From contig CAVONQ010000018.1 of assembly GCA_963697335.1 (NCBI GenBank), positions 448,001 through 512,000 on the forward strand: DNA of 64,000 nt, written 5' to 3'. Under the pieces are notes generated by a model. That model was not told the origin of the DNA. It saw only the letters and a program-made list of their open reading frames with translations, and ran no database searches. This DNA comes from an uncultured cyanobacterium (GTDB lineage: Bacteria; Cyanobacteriota; Cyanobacteriia; PCC-6307; Cyanobiaceae). The position numbers were made by a program, and so were the translations under genes. This document shows, piece by piece, positions 10,401-21,749 of this stretch (position 1 is the first letter of the stretch; every line of letters begins with the position of its first letter).

Positions 10401-11720
10401 CTACTGACGCACCATCCCTTCGTAGCGTTGGGAAATCACGTAGGTCTGCACCTGCTTGGCGGTGTCGATGGCCACGCCCACCAGGATCAGCAGGGAGGTG
10501 GCGCCCAGCCCCTGGAAGGTGCGCACCTGGGTGGCGCCCTCCACGGCCGAGGGAATGATCGCCACGGCCCCGAGGAACAGGGCCCCGAGCAGGGTGAGCC
10601 GGTTCTGCACACCGCCGAGGTAGGTGGCAGTGGCCGAGCCTGGCCGCACCCCCGGCACGGCGACGCCGCCACGCTTCAGGTTGCTGGCGATGTCCACCGG
10701 GTTGACTGTGAGCGAGGCATAGAAGAACGAGAAGCCCACGATCAGCCCGAAGAACACCAGGGCGTAGAGCCAGGGGGTGCTGCTGTTCGGGTTGAGCGAG
10801 CCGGCCAGTTGGATCAGCCAGGGGCTGCGGGTGAGGTTGGCGATGGTGAGGGGCAGGAACACCACGGCGGAGGCGAAAATGATCGGCATCACCCCACCCG
10901 CATTCAGCTTCAGGGGCAGGTAGCTCTGGCGCGCCGCCAGCAGGTTGGTGCCACCCACCTGGCGCTTGGCGCTCACGATCGGGATGCGCCTGTTGCCTTC
11001 CTGCACGAAGATGATCCCCACGATCGTGAGCAGGAACACCACCACCAGCACCACGATGCCGCCCACGGTGCTGCGGTCGCCGCTCTGGGCCAGCTCGATG
11101 GTGGAGCCCAGGGCCCTCGGCAGGGTGGCCACGATGTTCACGAAGATCACCAGGGAGGCCCCCTGCCCAATACCCCGTTCGGTGATCACCTCGCTGATCC
11201 ACATCACGATCATCGAACCGGTTACCAGGGCCAGGGCGGTCTGGATCACGAACACCGGTTCCGACAGCCCTTCGGTGGCGTACTGGCGCAGGATCAGCGC
11301 GAAGACCGTGCTCTGGAGAATGCCCCAGCCCAGGGCCACGTACCGGGTGATCTGGGCAATCTTGCGCCGCCCGGCCTCCCCCTCGTTCTTCTGCAGGTCT
11401 TCGAGCTGGGGCAAGGCTGCCGTGAGCAGCTGAATGATGATCGAGGCGTTGATGAAGGGCAGGATGCCCAGGGCGAAGATGCCCAGGGTGGAGAGCCCCC
11501 CTCCCGTGAAGATGTCGAGGAAGCCGATCAGTTGGCCGCCCTGGGCCAGAAACTCCTGAAAGGCCACCCGGTCGATGCCGGGCACGGGGATGTAGATCCC
11601 AAGCCGCACCAGCAGCAGCAGGCCCAGGGTGGTGAGCACCCTGTCGCGCAGGCCTTTGGACTGGATCAGCTGGGTGAGGATCTCACCGGCGCTGGGGTTG
11701 CGTCCCCGACTGAGAAGCAT
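10401..11720 (-). CDS. secY: Preprotein translocase subunit SecY
   Basis: IFALGILPFINASII, GIGQGASL, LPLKLNAGGVMPIIFAS, PGVRPG. Confidence 0.98.
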   Translation of the reverse strand: MLLSRGRNPSAGEILTQLIQSKGLRDRVLTTLGLLLLVRLGIYIPVPGIDRVAFQEFLAQGGQLIGFLDIFTGGGLSTLGIFALGILPFINASIIIQLLTAALPQLEDLQKNEGEAGRRKIAQITRYVALGWGILQSTVFALILRQYATEGLSEPVFVIQTALALVTGSMIVMWISEVITERGIGQGASLVIFVNIVATLPRALGSTIELAQSGDRSTVGGIVVLVVVFLLTIVGIIFVQEGNRRIPIVSAKRQVGGTNLLAARQSYLPLKLNAGGVMPIIFASAVVFLPLTIANLTRSPWLIQLAGSLNPNSSTPWLYALVFFGLIVGFSFFYASLTVNPVDIASNLKRGGVAVPGVRPGSATATYLGGVQNRLTLLGALFLGAVAIIPSAVEGATQVRTFQGLGATSLLILVGVAIDTAKQVQTYVISQRYEGMVRQ

Positions 11721-11782
11721 GGTGGTTGGCTCGAAAAGGGGCAGGGCGGCCTGGGCAAGCCAGGGGTCAGAGGGTCATCATC

Positions 11783-11815
11783 AAAAAGCCGTCCACCGCA
11801 TTCCGGTGGACGGCT
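11783..11815 (-). terminator. Intrinsic terminator between rplO and secY
   Basis: 12-bp stem AGCCGTCCACCG/CGGTGGACGGCT, 5-nt loop, followed by a T-tract on the minus strand. Confidence 0.8.
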
Positions 11816-11869
11816 CAGACCCTAGGGCGGAGGCATGGGCGGCCCGTGGGCCGCTGCCGGGTCGGGCGC

Positions 11870-12319
11870 TCAGATGATCTCGCAACTGCCACCGGCGGCC
11901 TCGATCTTGGCGCGGGCGCTGGCGGTGAAGGCGGAGGCCTGAACCGTGAGCTTCACGGCAAGATCACCGCTGCCGAGCACCTTCAGCGGGTGCTTGGGGC
12001 TGGTGACGATGCCGGCCTTGACCAGGGTGTCGAGGTTCACCGTGCTGCCGGCCGCGCAGTCGGCAAGACGGCCCACGTTGAGCACTGTGAATTCCTTGCG
12101 GTTGATCAGCTCAAAGTGCTTGAGCTTGGGCACCCGCCGGTAGAGGGGCATCTGGCCGCCCTCGAAGCCGGGGCGGGTGGGTCGGCCAGAGCGGGATTTC
12201 TGGCCCCTCATGCCGAAGCCGCAGCTGGCGCCCTGGCCGGCGGCGATCCCCCGACCCTTGCGCAGCTTGCGGCGCCGAGCGCCGGGGTTGGACTTGAGGG
12301 ATTGGAGAGTGATGCTCAT
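11870..12319 (-). CDS. rplO: 50S ribosomal protein L15
   Basis: [39 protein letters not shown]. Confidence 0.98.
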   Translation of the reverse strand: MSITLQSLKSNPGARRRKLRKGRGIAAGQGASCGFGMRGQKSRSGRPTRPGFEGGQMPLYRRVPKLKHFELINRKEFTVLNVGRLADCAAGSTVNLDTLVKAGIVTSPKHPLKVLGSGDLAVKLTVQASAFTASARAKIEAAGGSCEII

Positions 12320-12329
12320 CGGAAGGGCC

Positions 12330-12989
12330 TCAGGAGTAGATCTGCTCAAGGGAGATGCCCCGCTCCTTGGCGGTCTCCTTGTGGGTGCGGAGGCCCGAGA
12401 GGGCTTCCATGGCGGCGCGGGCGTTGTTGAGCGGCGTCTTGGAGCCGAGGCGCTTGGCCAGCACGTTCTTGATGCCGGCCAGCTCCAGCACGGTGCGAAT
12501 CGAACCGCCGGCGATCACCCCGGTGCCTGGAGCGGCGGGCCGGATCAGCACACTGGCGGCGCCATCCCGGCCGTTGCTGAGGGTGGGAATCGAGTTGGAG
12601 CGGGTGAGGGGCACCTTCACCAGGTGCTTCTTGCCATCGGCCACGCCCTTGCGCACGGCACCGATCACGTCGCCGGCCTTGCCGACGCCGACGCCCACCT
12701 GGCCCTTTTCGTTGCCCACCACGACGATGGCCCGGAAGCTCATCTTCTTGCCGCCCTTGACGGTCTTGGAGACGCGGCGGATCTGCACCACCCGCTCCTG
12801 CCATTCGGAGTCGCGCTCCTGGCCGCGACGGTTGTCGCGCCCCCGGCCACCGCCGCGGCGGTCACCGCGGCCATCGCCCCGGCCGCCACCGCCGCCGCGG
12901 CGCTCCTGCTGGCCCTCGGCTGCCGCAGGAACCCCGGCTGCTGCGGGCACGGCACCGGTGGATTGAACTTGGTCGTTGGTTTCGGTCAT
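12330..12989 (-). CDS. rpsE: 30S ribosomal protein S5
   Basis: [33 protein letters not shown]; Gly/Arg-rich N-terminal extension. Confidence 0.98.
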   Translation of the reverse strand: MTETNDQVQSTGAVPAAAGVPAAAEGQQERRGGGGGRGDGRGDRRGGGRGRDNRRGQERDSEWQERVVQIRRVSKTVKGGKKMSFRAIVVVGNEKGQVGVGVGKAGDVIGAVRKGVADGKKHLVKVPLTRSNSIPTLSNGRDGAASVLIRPAAPGTGVIAGGSIRTVLELAGIKNVLAKRLGSKTPLNNARAAMEALSGLRTHKETAKERGISLEQIYS

Positions 12990-13003
12990 GGTGAAAGTCG
13001 GGA

Positions 13004-13369
13004 TCAGAACTGAAGGCCCGCTTCCCGGGCGGCGTCAGCCAGGGCCTTGACCCGGCCGTGGTACAGGTTGCCGCCGCGATCGAAGACCACCTGGGAGATG
13101 CCCTTGGCCAGGGCGCGCTTGGCCACGAGCTGACCCACCGCGACGGAGGCATCGCAGGTGGCGGCCGTGGTCACGCTGGGGCGAAGCTCCTTGTCCACCG
13201 TGGAGGCGGAGCAGAGGGTGCTCTGGGCCCCGTCGTCGATGACCTGGGCGTAGATGTGGTTGTTGGAGCGGAACACGGCCAGGCGCGGACGCTCGGCGGT
13301 GCCGTTGAGCTGGCGACGCAGACGGCGATGGCGCTTCTGGGTCTGTTGTTTGCGGGAGAGGGATGACAT
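13004..13369 (-). CDS. rplR: 50S ribosomal protein L18
   Basis: [32 protein letters not shown]. Confidence 0.98.
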   Translation of the reverse strand: MSSLSRKQQTQKRHRRLRRQLNGTAERPRLAVFRSNNHIYAQVIDDGAQSTLCSASTVDKELRPSVTTAATCDASVAVGQLVAKRALAKGISQVVFDRGGNLYHGRVKALADAAREAGLQF

Positions 13370-13401
13370 GGCAATACAGAGTAACGACGCTCAGGCAGAC
13401 C

Positions 13402-13941
13402 TCATTTCTTACCGGTCTTTCCGGCCTTGCGCAGGATGCGCTCGCCCGCGTACTTGATGCCCTTGCCCTTGTAGGGCTCGGGAGGACGAATGGCGCGGAC
13501 CTTGGCGGCTTCGTTGCCCACCAGCTCCTTGTTGGCACCTGACACCACCACGGTGGTGGTGCCCTCGACCGCGAAGGAGACCCCGTCGGGGGGCACCATC
13601 TCGACCTGGTGGCTGTAGCCGGCGGAAACCACCAGCTTCTTGCCCTGGAGGGCGGCGCGGTAACCCACGCCGACGATCTCGAGCTTGCGGCTGAACCCCT
13701 GGCTCACCCCTTCCACCATGTTGGCCACCAGGGTGCGGCAGAGGCCGTGGCGCTCGCGGCAGCGGCGGCTCACCCCGGTGGGGCTCACCATAATGAGGCC
13801 GCCGTCCTGGCTGATCGACACCCCCTCGGGCAGGGTGCGGTTGAGTTCCCCCTTGGGGCCCTTCACGGTCACGTCAAGACCATGGAGGGTGACGGTGACC
13901 TTGTCGGGCACGGGGATGGGCGCTTTACCAATACGTGACAT
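13402..13941 (-). CDS. rplF: 50S ribosomal protein L6
   Basis: [28 protein letters not shown]. Confidence 0.98.
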   Translation of the reverse strand: MSRIGKAPIPVPDKVTVTLHGLDVTVKGPKGELNRTLPEGVSISQDGGLIMVSPTGVSRRCRERHGLCRTLVANMVEGVSQGFSRKLEIVGVGYRAALQGKKLVVSAGYSHQVEMVPPDGVSFAVEGTTTVVVSGANKELVGNEAAKVRAIRPPEPYKGKGIKYAGERILRKAGKTGKK

Positions 13942-13957
13942 GAGTCGATCTCCCTGA

Positions 13958-14359
13958 TCAGTAGACGTAGCAGAGCACTTCGCCACCAACGCCCTGCTTG
14001 CGGGCGTCACGGTCGCTCATCACTCCCTTGGAGGTGGAGATGATGGCCACACCGAGGCCGCCCAGCACCTTGGGCAGCTGACGATTGTTCTTGTAGATGC
14101 GAAGGCCAGGCTTGCTGACCCGCTGGACGGAGCGGATGGTGGGCTGGCGGTGCTTACCGCTGTACTTGAGTTCCACCACGATGTGGCGCAACACCCCTTC
14201 GCCTTCCTCGCTGATGGCAGCGATGAAGCCTTCCTGCTGCAGCACATTGGCGATGCTGCGGATCAGGCGGGAAGCCGGGATCTTGGTGGTCTCGTGACGC
14301 TTCTCACTCGCATTGCGGATGCGGGTGAGCATGTCGGAAATGGGGTCGTGATTGGCCAT
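13958..14359 (-). CDS. rpsH: 30S ribosomal protein S8
   Basis: [33 protein letters not shown]. Confidence 0.98.
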   Translation of the reverse strand: MANHDPISDMLTRIRNASEKRHETTKIPASRLIRSIANVLQQEGFIAAISEEGEGVLRHIVVELKYSGKHRQPTIRSVQRVSKPGLRIYKNNRQLPKVLGGLGVAIISTSKGVMSDRDARKQGVGGEVLCYVY

Positions 14360-14379
14360 GGGTCAGGTCCGAAGAGGGC

Positions 14380-14919
14380 TCAGTTGCTGCGGAACGGCAT
14401 TCCCATCTCGCGGAGGAGGGCCCGGCCCTCTTCGTCGTTACGGGCGCTGGTCACGATCGTCACGTCCATGCCACGGATCGCGTCGATCTTCTCGAACGAG
14501 ATTTCAGGGAAAATGATCTGCTCACGAATCCCCAGGGTGTAGTTGCCCCGGCCGTCGAAGCTCTTCGGGCTTACACCGCGGAAGTCGCGGATGCGGGGCA
14601 AGGCCAGGTTGATCAGGCGCTCCAGGAAGGCATACATCCGCTCGCCCCGCAGGGTGACGGCGACGCCGATCGGCATGCCCTGGCGAATCTTGAAGCCGGC
14701 GATCGCCTTCTTGGCCCGGGTCACCACCACTTTCTGGCCAGTGATGGTGGCCAGTTCCGTGATCGAGGCCTCGAGGGCCTTGGCGTTCTGGGCAGCTTCA
14801 CCCAGGCCCCGGTTGAGGGTGACCTTCACCACCTTCGGGACTTCGTGGACATTGGAGAGATTCAGATCCTTGAGGAGCTTGGGTTGAATCGTCTCCCGGT
14901 AGCGCTGTTTGAGGGACAT
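14380..14919 (-). CDS. rplE: 50S ribosomal protein L5
   Basis: [28 protein letters not shown]. Confidence 0.98.
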   Translation of the reverse strand: MSLKQRYRETIQPKLLKDLNLSNVHEVPKVVKVTLNRGLGEAAQNAKALEASITELATITGQKVVVTRAKKAIAGFKIRQGMPIGVAVTLRGERMYAFLERLINLALPRIRDFRGVSPKSFDGRGNYTLGIREQIIFPEISFEKIDAIRGMDVTIVTSARNDEEGRALLREMGMPFRSN

Positions 14920-14989
14920 GACGGGGGAAGAGGTTGCGCTTCTGGGCTGGGTCAGAAGGCGGAGGGAACACGGGAGCAGGGCTGGCGGG

Positions 14990-15346
14990 TCAGTCGAGAA
15001 GCTCGCCTGTTTTCTTGAGGCGGCGCTTCTTGGTGCCGTCTTTGTCCACCACGATTTCAACGCGGCTGGCCACGTTCTGGCTGGTGGAATACAGCATCAC
15101 GTTGGAGGCGTGCAGCGAGGCTTCCTCCGTGACGATGCGGCCGGTTTCGCCCTCCTGGGTGGGCTTGACATGGCGGGTGCGCAGGTTGATTCCCTGAACT
15201 ACCACGCGGTTGTCGTAGGGCAGGGTGCGCAGAACCTCTCCGGTTTTGCCCTTGTCCTTGCCGCTGATGACCTGCACGGTGTCGCCCTTCTTGAGGCGCA
15301 TCTTGATGCGCTCGGCGGGCTTGGATTTTGGCGTTGCGGTGGCCAT
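14990..15346 (-). CDS. rplX: 50S ribosomal protein L24
   Basis: [19 protein letters not shown] motif, HASNVML. Confidence 0.98.
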   Translation of the reverse strand: MATATPKSKPAERIKMRLKKGDTVQVISGKDKGKTGEVLRTLPYDNRVVVQGINLRTRHVKPTQEGETGRIVTEEASLHASNVMLYSTSQNVASRVEIVVDKDGTKKRRLKKTGELLD

Positions 15347-15348
15347 GG

Positions 15349-15714
15349 TCAGATCACCTCTGGGGCGAGGGACACAATCTTGGTGAAGTTGCGTTCACGC
15401 AGTTCCCGGGCCACGGGGCCGAACACCCGTGTGCCCTTCGGGTTGTTCTCGTTGCCGAGGATCACAGCGGCGTTGTCATCGAAGCGGATGGCATTGCCGG
15501 TGTCGCGGCGCAGGGTGGCCTTGGTGCGCACCACCACGGCCTTGACCACATCCGATTTCTTCACGCCCATGTTGGGCATGGCGTCCTTGACGGCGGCCAC
15601 AATCACGTCGCCGACGTGGGCGTAGCGACGGTTGGTGCCCAACACGCGAATGCACTGAATGCGTTTGGCGCCGCTGTTGTCAGCGACATTGAGAAACGTC
15701 TCTTGTTGAATCAT
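15349..15714 (-). CDS. rplN: 50S ribosomal protein L14
   Basis: [36 protein letters not shown]. Confidence 0.98.
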   Translation of the reverse strand: MIQQETFLNVADNSGAKRIQCIRVLGTNRRYAHVGDVIVAAVKDAMPNMGVKKSDVVKAVVVRTKATLRRDTGNAIRFDDNAAVILGNENNPKGTRVFGPVARELRERNFTKIVSLAPEVI

Positions 15715-15727
15715 GGTTCGTTTCTCC

Positions 15728-15979
15728 TCAGGAGGGGGCTGAGGTGTTGAACACCTCGGCCACGGTCCAGCGCTTGGTGCGGCTGAGCGGGCGGGTCTCG
15801 GTGATCCGTACCCTGTCGCCAACTTTGCAGCTGTTGTCTTCGTCGTGGACTTTGTAGCGTTTGGTGCGGCTCACCGTCTTCTGATAGATGGGGTGGGGGA
15901 AGCGGTTTTCCACCGCCACCACCACCGTCTTGTCCATCTTGTCGCTGACGACGGTGCCGACCCTTTCCTTGAGTGCCAT
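15728..15979 (-). CDS. rpsQ: 30S ribosomal protein S17
   Basis: [25 protein letters not shown]. Confidence 0.97.
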   Translation of the reverse strand: MALKERVGTVVSDKMDKTVVVAVENRFPHPIYQKTVSRTKRYKVHDEDNSCKVGDRVRITETRPLSRTKRWTVAEVFNTSAPS

Positions 15980-15996
15980 GGGGATCACGGGGGGTA

Positions 15997-16221
15997 TCAG
16001 GAGGCTGAATCAGCTGGGGCAGTGGAGCCCTTGCGCTCGTTCTGCACCGTGAGCAGGTGAGCCAGCTTGATACGGGCTGCCTTGAAGCGGTGCGGATGTT
16101 CCAGGCGGCGGGTCGCCTGCTGGAAGCGCAGGTCGAACAGCTCGCGCCGGGTGGCGTTGACCTGTTCGATGAGGTCGCCGTCGCTGAGCTTGCGCACGTC
16201 GGCGATAACGGGAAGGGCCAT
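15997..16221 (-). CDS. rpmC: 50S ribosomal protein L29
   Basis: [18 protein letters not shown]; lies between rplP and rpsQ. Confidence 0.96.
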   Translation of the reverse strand: MALPVIADVRKLSDGDLIEQVNATRRELFDLRFQQATRRLEHPHRFKAARIKLAHLLTVQNERKGSTAPADSAS

Positions 16222-16223
16222 GG

Positions 16224-16715
16224 TCAGGACTCCACGGAATGGGCGGGTTCGGCCACCACCGGAGCAGCTGCTGCGGGGGGCTCATCGGCCGCGGCCTGTT
16301 GGTCGGCCAGGGCGAGGAACTTGGTCTTCAGGGGCAGCTTGTACTGCGCCAGGCGCATCGCCTCCCGGGCAATCTCCGGAGTGATCTCAGCGCCGCCCAT
16401 CTCAAAGAGAATGCGGCCGGGCTTGATCACGGCCACCCAGAATTCCGGGTTGCCCTTACCGGATCCCATGCGGGTTTCCGCAGGGCGCATGGTGACGGGC
16501 TTGTCAGGGAAGATGCGGATCCAGATCTGGCCGCCTCGCTTGACGTAGCGAGTCATGGCCCGGCGACTGGCTTCAATCTGGCGGGAAGTGATCCAGCCGC
16601 ACTCCTGGGCCTGCAGGGCGAAATCCCCGAAGGCGATGGTGTTGCCGCGCGTGGCGACGCCGCGCATGCGGCCTCGCTGTTGCTTACGGAATTTGACGCG
16701 TTTTGGACTCAGCAT
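16224..16715 (-). CDS. rplP: 50S ribosomal protein L16
   Basis: [24 protein letters not shown]. Confidence 0.98.
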   Translation of the reverse strand: MLSPKRVKFRKQQRGRMRGVATRGNTIAFGDFALQAQECGWITSRQIEASRRAMTRYVKRGGQIWIRIFPDKPVTMRPAETRMGSGKGNPEFWVAVIKPGRILFEMGGAEITPEIAREAMRLAQYKLPLKTKFLALADQQAAADEPPAAAAPVVAEPAHSVES

Positions 16716-16731
16716 GGTTCAGGCCTCCTGA

Positions 16732-17460
16732 TCACTCCTGGTTCGAGCGGTCTTCGAACTGTTGCGGCTGCCGACTGGTGCGGCGGCGGGGAGCGGCGCC
16801 AACGGGCAGTTGCTCCTTCTGCCCAGGCAACACTTCGCCTTTGAAGACCCACACCTTGATGCCCAGTACCCCATAGGTGGTGCTGGCCAGCTTGGTGGCG
16901 TAGTCGATGTCGGCCCGCAGGGTGTGCAGGGGGACCCTGCCTTCCCGGGTCCACTCGGTGCGGGCGATTTCGGCGCCGTTGAGGCGGCCGCTCACCTGGA
17001 TCTTGAGGCCGAGCACCCCGGCCCGTTGGGCCCGCTGCACAGCCATTCGGATCACGCGACGGAAGGCCACGCGCTTCTCGAGCTGCTGGGCGATGTACTC
17101 GGCCAGCAGGAAGGCATCGGCGTCCACGCGCTCCACTTCCACCACGTTGATGCGTACCTTGCGGCTCGCATCACCCACGGTTTTCTGGATGCCTGTGCGC
17201 AGATCCTCAATGCCGCTCCCCTGGCGGCCCACCAGCACGCCGGGTCGGGCCGTTTTCAGTTCCACTTCCAGCTGGTCGGCCTTGCGGGCGATCAGCACAT
17301 CGGAGATGCCGGCGGAGCCGTACTTCTTGTGGATGAACTTGCGGATCCGGTCGTCCTCCTGGAGGAGGGTCGGGTAGGTCTTGCTTGGGGCGTACCAGCG
17401 GGAGCGGTGATCCTGGGTGATCCCCAGGCGCAGGCCGGTTGGATGGATTTTGTGTCCCAT
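16732..17460 (-). CDS. rpsC: 30S ribosomal protein S3
   Basis: [36 protein letters not shown]. Confidence 0.98.
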   Translation of the reverse strand: MGHKIHPTGLRLGITQDHRSRWYAPSKTYPTLLQEDDRIRKFIHKKYGSAGISDVLIARKADQLEVELKTARPGVLVGRQGSGIEDLRTGIQKTVGDASRKVRINVVEVERVDADAFLLAEYIAQQLEKRVAFRRVIRMAVQRAQRAGVLGLKIQVSGRLNGAEIARTEWTREGRVPLHTLRADIDYATKLASTTYGVLGIKVWVFKGEVLPGQKEQLPVGAAPRRRTSRQPQQFEDRSNQE

Positions 17461-17481
17461 CGGGTCGGTGTCCTCGGGGGG

Positions 17482-17850
17482 TCAGGCGGAAGGGGCCACA
17501 GCGATGCTGATGTGGCAGGTCTGTTTCTTGATCGCATAGGCGCGACCCTGGGCGCGGGGGCGAAACCGCTTCAGGGAGGGCCCCATGTCAGCGGTGGCCC
17601 CGATGACCACGAGCGTGGCCGGATCGAGGCCGAGGTTGTGCTCGGCATTGGCCACGGCGCTGCGGAGCACCTTGGTGATCGGGCCGGTGGAGCGAAAGGG
17701 CATGAACTCGAGCATGATCAGGGCCTCGCGGTAGCTCTGGCCACGGATCTGATCGAGCACCCGTCGCACCTTGCTCACGGAGCCACGGATGTAGCGGCCG
17801 TGGGCGAGGGCCTGGTTGGGCACTGCCTGGTTGGGAGCGGTGTTAGCCAT
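17482..17850 (-). CDS. rplV: 50S ribosomal protein L22
   Basis: [28 protein letters not shown]. Confidence 0.98.
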   Translation of the reverse strand: MANTAPNQAVPNQALAHGRYIRGSVSKVRRVLDQIRGQSYREALIMLEFMPFRSTGPITKVLRSAVANAEHNLGLDPATLVVIGATADMGPSLKRFRPRAQGRAYAIKKQTCHISIAVAPSA

Positions 17851-17853
17851 GGT

Positions 17854-18129
17854 TCAACGGCCTCCTTTTTTATCCTTGATGTGGCCGCGGAAGGTGCGGG
17901 TGGGGGCGAATTCCCCCAGTTTGTGCCCCACCATCTGCTCGGTCACGTAAACCGGTACATGGGATTTGCCGTTGTGGACGGCAATCGTGTGTCCGATCAT
18001 CATCGGCAGAATTGTGGAGGCGCGTGACCAGGTTTTGATCACGGTCTTGTCGTTGGCCGAGTTCTGCTTCTCAACCTTGCTGAGCAGGCTGTCGGCAACA
18101 AACGGACCTTTTTTGAGTGAACGTCCCAT
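17854..18129 (-). CDS. rpsS: 30S ribosomal protein S19
   Basis: [28 protein letters not shown]. Confidence 0.98.
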   Translation of the reverse strand: MGRSLKKGPFVADSLLSKVEKQNSANDKTVIKTWSRASTILPMMIGHTIAVHNGKSHVPVYVTEQMVGHKLGEFAPTRTFRGHIKDKKGGR

Positions 18130-18164
18130 AGCGGTTCAGGAGGCGGACATAGCGGTGAGGGTCA

Positions 18165-19028
18165 TCAGGAATCGCGTCCGCCACGGCTCCGCTTGGAGGT
18201 GCGGCGACGTTTCCGCAGCACAAACCGGTTGCTGGGCTTGTTCCGTTTGCGGGTCTTGTAGCCAAGGGCCGGTTTGCCCCAGGGGGTGACAGGGCCTGAG
18301 CGACCGATCGGCGCCCTGCCTTCGCCACCGCCGTGGGGGTGGTCACAGGGGTTCATGACGGAACCCCGCACCTCGGGGCGGCGACCCAGCCAGCGCTTGC
18401 GGCCGGCCTTGCCCAGGCTGGTGTTGCGCACCTCGGAGTTGCCCACTTCACCGAGGGTGGCGTAGCACTCACGACGCACCAGGCGCACCTCGGTGGAGGG
18501 CAGCTTGAGGGCGACGTAGTCACCTTCCTTGGCCATCACTTGCGCGCTGGCGCCGGCGGTCCGCACCATCTGACCACCGCGACCGGCGTAGAGCTCCACG
18601 TTGTGGACGCTGGAGCCGAGGGGGATGGCCGAGAGCGGCAGGGCATTGCCGGTTTCGATCGGGGCATCGGGGCCCGACACCAGCTGCTGACCAATTTCGA
18701 TCCCGGCCGGGGCCAGGATGTAGCGCTTCTCGCCATCGGCGTAGAAGAGCAGGGCCAGTCGGGCGTTGCGGTGCGGGTCGTAGTGGATGGCCGCCACCTT
18801 GGCGGTCACACCGTGCTTGTCACGGCGGAAGTCCACCAGCCGGTAGAGGCGCTTGTGGCCACCGCCGCGGTGGCGGCAGGTGATCACACCGCGGTTGTTG
18901 CGGCCCTTGCGGCGGTGTTTGGCCACCACCAGGCCCCGCTCCCGTCCGCGGCCGGTGACTTCGGTGAAGACACTGGCCACGCGGGTGCGGGTGCCGGGGG
19001 TGATGGGGCGGTAATTACGGATTGCCAT
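18165..19028 (-). CDS. rplB: 50S ribosomal protein L2
   Basis: [28 protein letters not shown]. Confidence 0.98.
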   Translation of the reverse strand: MAIRNYRPITPGTRTRVASVFTEVTGRGRERGLVVAKHRRKGRNNRGVITCRHRGGGHKRLYRLVDFRRDKHGVTAKVAAIHYDPHRNARLALLFYADGEKRYILAPAGIEIGQQLVSGPDAPIETGNALPLSAIPLGSSVHNVELYAGRGGQMVRTAGASAQVMAKEGDYVALKLPSTEVRLVRRECYATLGEVGNSEVRNTSLGKAGRKRWLGRRPEVRGSVMNPCDHPHGGGEGRAPIGRSGPVTPWGKPALGYKTRKRNKPSNRFVLRKRRRTSKRSRGGRDS

Positions 19029-19043
19029 GTGGTTTCAGACCCC

Positions 19044-19346
19044 TCAGGACTCAGGGAACAGCTGGATGGCGTTGCCCTCGGCCAGGCGCACCACCGCTTT
19101 CTTGACCTGGGCACGCTTGCCAGCGAAGCGGCCGACGCGGCGGGAACGGCGTGGCGGATTCATGGTGCTGACGCCCAACACCTTCACATCGAACAGGGCT
19201 TCCACCGCTGCTTTGATGTCGGGCTTGGCGGCCCGATGGTCCACCTCGAAGGTGTACTGATTGAACTCGAGGGCGCGGGTGGCCTTCTCGGTGATCAGGG
19301 GCCGGCGGATCACATCCGCGAGCCGACCTGCAAAACGTTCAGTCAT
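19044..19346 (-). CDS. rplW: 50S ribosomal protein L23
   Basis: [27 protein letters not shown]. Confidence 0.97.
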   Translation of the reverse strand: MTERFAGRLADVIRRPLITEKATRALEFNQYTFEVDHRAAKPDIKAAVEALFDVKVLGVSTMNPPRRSRRVGRFAGKRAQVKKAVVRLAEGNAIQLFPES

Positions 19347-19974
19347 CGCCGTAGACCTCCTGAATCTTCGCGAGTGCTTCCTCGCTCAGCACCAGCGTGC
19401 TGGCGTGGAGCAGGTCGAACACGTTGAGCTGATCAGCGGCGATCAGCTTCACCGTCTTGAGGTTGCGTACGGACTTGCGTACGGCTTCAGACGGGTTGTC
19501 GAGGATCACCAGCACTTTGGTGTCCGCCTCGATGCCGAGCCGCCCCAGCGCCGCGGTGATCTCCTTGGTGCGGGGGGTGTCGAGGTCGGCGCCGAAGCCC
19601 TTCACCACGGTGATGTCGGCCACGCGGCTCATCAGGGCGGTGCGCAGGGCCAGGCGCCGCTCCTTGCGGTTCATCGCCAGGGTGTAGCTGCGGGGCTTGG
19701 GTCCGAAGATCACGCCGCCGCCAGGCCGCAGGGGGGTGCGGATCGAGCCCTGACGGGCCCGGCCCGTGCCCTTCTGCTTGTAGGGCTTGCGGCCACCACC
19801 GGCCACCTCGGCGCGGGTCAGGGTGCTGGCCGTTCCCTGACGGGCGTGGGCCAGTTGCCGAACCACGGCGCGGTGCACCAGGTCGGTGGCGGAACTCTTC
19901 TTGGCGACCTTGAGGTCGAGGGCAGCCTTGCCGGCTTCCTTGCCCTGCCAGTCGCGAATCACACAATCAGCCAT
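19339..19974 (-). CDS. rplD: 50S ribosomal protein L4
   Basis: [30 protein letters not shown]. Confidence 0.98.
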   Translation of the reverse strand: MADCVIRDWQGKEAGKAALDLKVAKKSSATDLVHRAVVRQLAHARQGTASTLTRAEVAGGGRKPYKQKGTGRARQGSIRTPLRPGGGVIFGPKPRSYTLAMNRKERRLALRTALMSRVADITVVKGFGADLDTPRTKEITAALGRLGIEADTKVLVILDNPSEAVRKSVRNLKTVKLIAADQLNVFDLLHASTLVLSEEALAKIQEVYGDD

Positions 19975-19988
19975 GTTCTCGGTTCTCC

Positions 19989-20636
19989 TCAGTTCCCGAC
20001 CTTGGCGCCCACCCGGTTGGCCGGGCAGATGTTGAGCAGGGCTCCGGGCTTGCCGGGCACGGACCCCTTCACCACCAGCAGGTTGCGCTCGGTGTCCACC
20101 TTCAGGATCACGAGGCCGCGGGTGGTGATCTGCTTGCCGCCATAGCGGCCAGCCATGCGCTTGCCCGGGTACACCCGGCCAGGCGTGGTGCCGGCGCCGG
20201 TGGAGCCCGGCTCGCGGTGATTCTTGGAGCCGTGGGTCATCGGGCCGCGGCTGAAGCCATGACGCTTCTGGTAACCGGAGAAGCCCCGGCCCATGGTGTC
20301 GCCACTGACGTCGACCTTCTGGCCCGCCTCAAAGGCGGAGACAGAGACGACGGCGCCGAGCTCCAGCCCATCCAGACTGTCGACCCGGTATTCCTTGAGA
20401 TGGCGGAGCACCTCCTCGCCGGATTTGGCAAGGTGGCCCTTGGCTGGTTTGTTGACCAGCTTCTCGCGGATGTCGCCGAAGCCGAGCTGCACGGCGGTGT
20501 AGCCGTCCGTGCTGCTGGATTTGAGTTGGGTGATGCGGCAGGGGCCAGCCTCGATCACGGTGACCGGGATGGACTTGCCTGCCTCGTCGAAGAACTGGGA
20601 CATGCCCAGTTTCTTCCCAAGAATGCCGATGGACAT
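19989..20636 (-). CDS. rplC: 50S ribosomal protein L3
   Basis: [33 protein letters not shown] at 20636. Confidence 0.98.
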   Translation of the reverse strand: MSIGILGKKLGMSQFFDEAGKSIPVTVIEAGPCRITQLKSSSTDGYTAVQLGFGDIREKLVNKPAKGHLAKSGEEVLRHLKEYRVDSLDGLELGAVVSVSAFEAGQKVDVSGDTMGRGFSGYQKRHGFSRGPMTHGSKNHREPGSTGAGTTPGRVYPGKRMAGRYGGKQITTRGLVILKVDTERNLLVVKGSVPGKPGALLNICPANRVGAKVGN

Positions 20637-21098
20637 AGGTAGGGAGTCAACGCCAGCTGGACCACCGGACGAACCCGGTGAAGCTGAAGCAGAGGAAGCG
20701 GTGGTCTGGCTGGGCCTTGAAAATTCTGGCCAGGAATCGACATCGAACCGACTGCCTTGAGCAGACGGCTGACTGTCGTGGATCACCCGCAGGCGAGCAG
20801 CGACAGGAGATGGGAGTCCCGGATCACGAAGCTCAGGGCGCTAGCGAGACAGAGCGGACTCTGTTCAGCGCGGCTGGGACTGGCCTGGACCGGACTGGCC
20901 ACACTCCGGAGAGGGGCTGGTGCGTTCAGGAAGTTTCCCGGCGGTTGGTCGGCGAGGGCGCTGCAGGCCGGAACCTGACATCACCATCTGGCCAATCCGC
21001 GCAGGCCGGATGGATCACCACCACTGGTGATCTGGTGCAGGGATTCGGAGGCCCGGCTAGCGGACGGGCACGAACTCGAAGCACAGCGATCAAATGTA
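20637..21098 (-). promoter_or_regulatory. Putative promoter and long structured 5' leader of the rplC operon
   Basis: TACATT -10-like hexamer at 21098-21093; several inverted repeats; no credible ORF. Confidence 0.5.
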
Positions 21099-21284
21099 AC
21101 CCATGAGATGACCCGCCTCGTATCACGGCCTTGCAGCTGGTTGGATCCTGGCGATGTGTCTGCGGCTGCCCGGCGGTGTTCCAGAGGTGCTGCGGCTGCG
21201 GTTCCGGGCCTGTTGGGCGGTGGCGTCTGGACCGGAACGGGGCCGGGGCTGTCAAACTTGCAGGGAGCCTGAGCCGATCTCACC

Positions 21285-21749
21285 ATGCCACTGCTGCTCT
21301 CCGGTCGCGGGTTCCGGCAGGACCTCGAAAAAGCAGGGGTCCTTGCCCTGTTCGCTCCCTTGGAAGGAGGCGCTGAGACCCGGCTGATGCGTCGACTGAG
21401 GGCTGCGGGCTATCGGGCCCAGATCACCTCGGCCCGGGGGCTCGGTGATCCGGAGGCCTTTCTGATGCAGCTGCACGGCGTGCGCCCACCCCACCTCGGC
21501 CACCAGTGCGTGGGGCGCACGGCTGCGGTGGGCGAGGTGCAGCGGGTGATGCCCCAGCTGGGCAGCCTCCTGGAGGGCAACGGCCCCATCCTGCTATGGC
21601 TGCTGGAGGGCAAGGTGCTCTCCACGGCAGAGCTGAGCTCCCTGATCGACCTCACCCGGCGGGAGCCGCGGCTGCGCATCGTGGTGGAGATGGGCGGCGC
21701 CCGGGAGCTGCGTTGGCAGCCCCTGGAGCAGCTGTTGGTAGCGGCCTGA
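21285..21749 (+). CDS. ndhN: NAD(P)H-quinone oxidoreductase subunit N
   Basis: [16 protein letters not shown]...SARGLGD...HGVRPPHLG. Confidence 0.95.
   Translation: MPLLLSGRGFRQDLEKAGVLALFAPLEGGAETRLMRRLRAAGYRAQITSARGLGDPEAFLMQLHGVRPPHLGHQCVGRTAAVGEVQRVMPQLGSLLEGNGPILLWLLEGKVLSTAELSSLIDLTRREPRLRIVVEMGGARELRWQPLEQLLVAA

Noticed and set aside
12840..12905. Gly/Arg-rich repeat-like stretch in rpsE
   Set aside because: Low-complexity N-terminal extension of S5 within an intact gene, familiar from picocyanobacteria
4851..20636. Absence of rpsJ, rpsN, rpmD, map, infA and rpsD from the r-protein cluster
   Set aside because: Matches the usual picocyanobacterial organisation, where these genes are elsewhere or absent
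20678..21387. Short ORFs in the rplC-ndhN gap
   Set aside because: No motifs or coding-like composition; better explained as leader/promoter DNA
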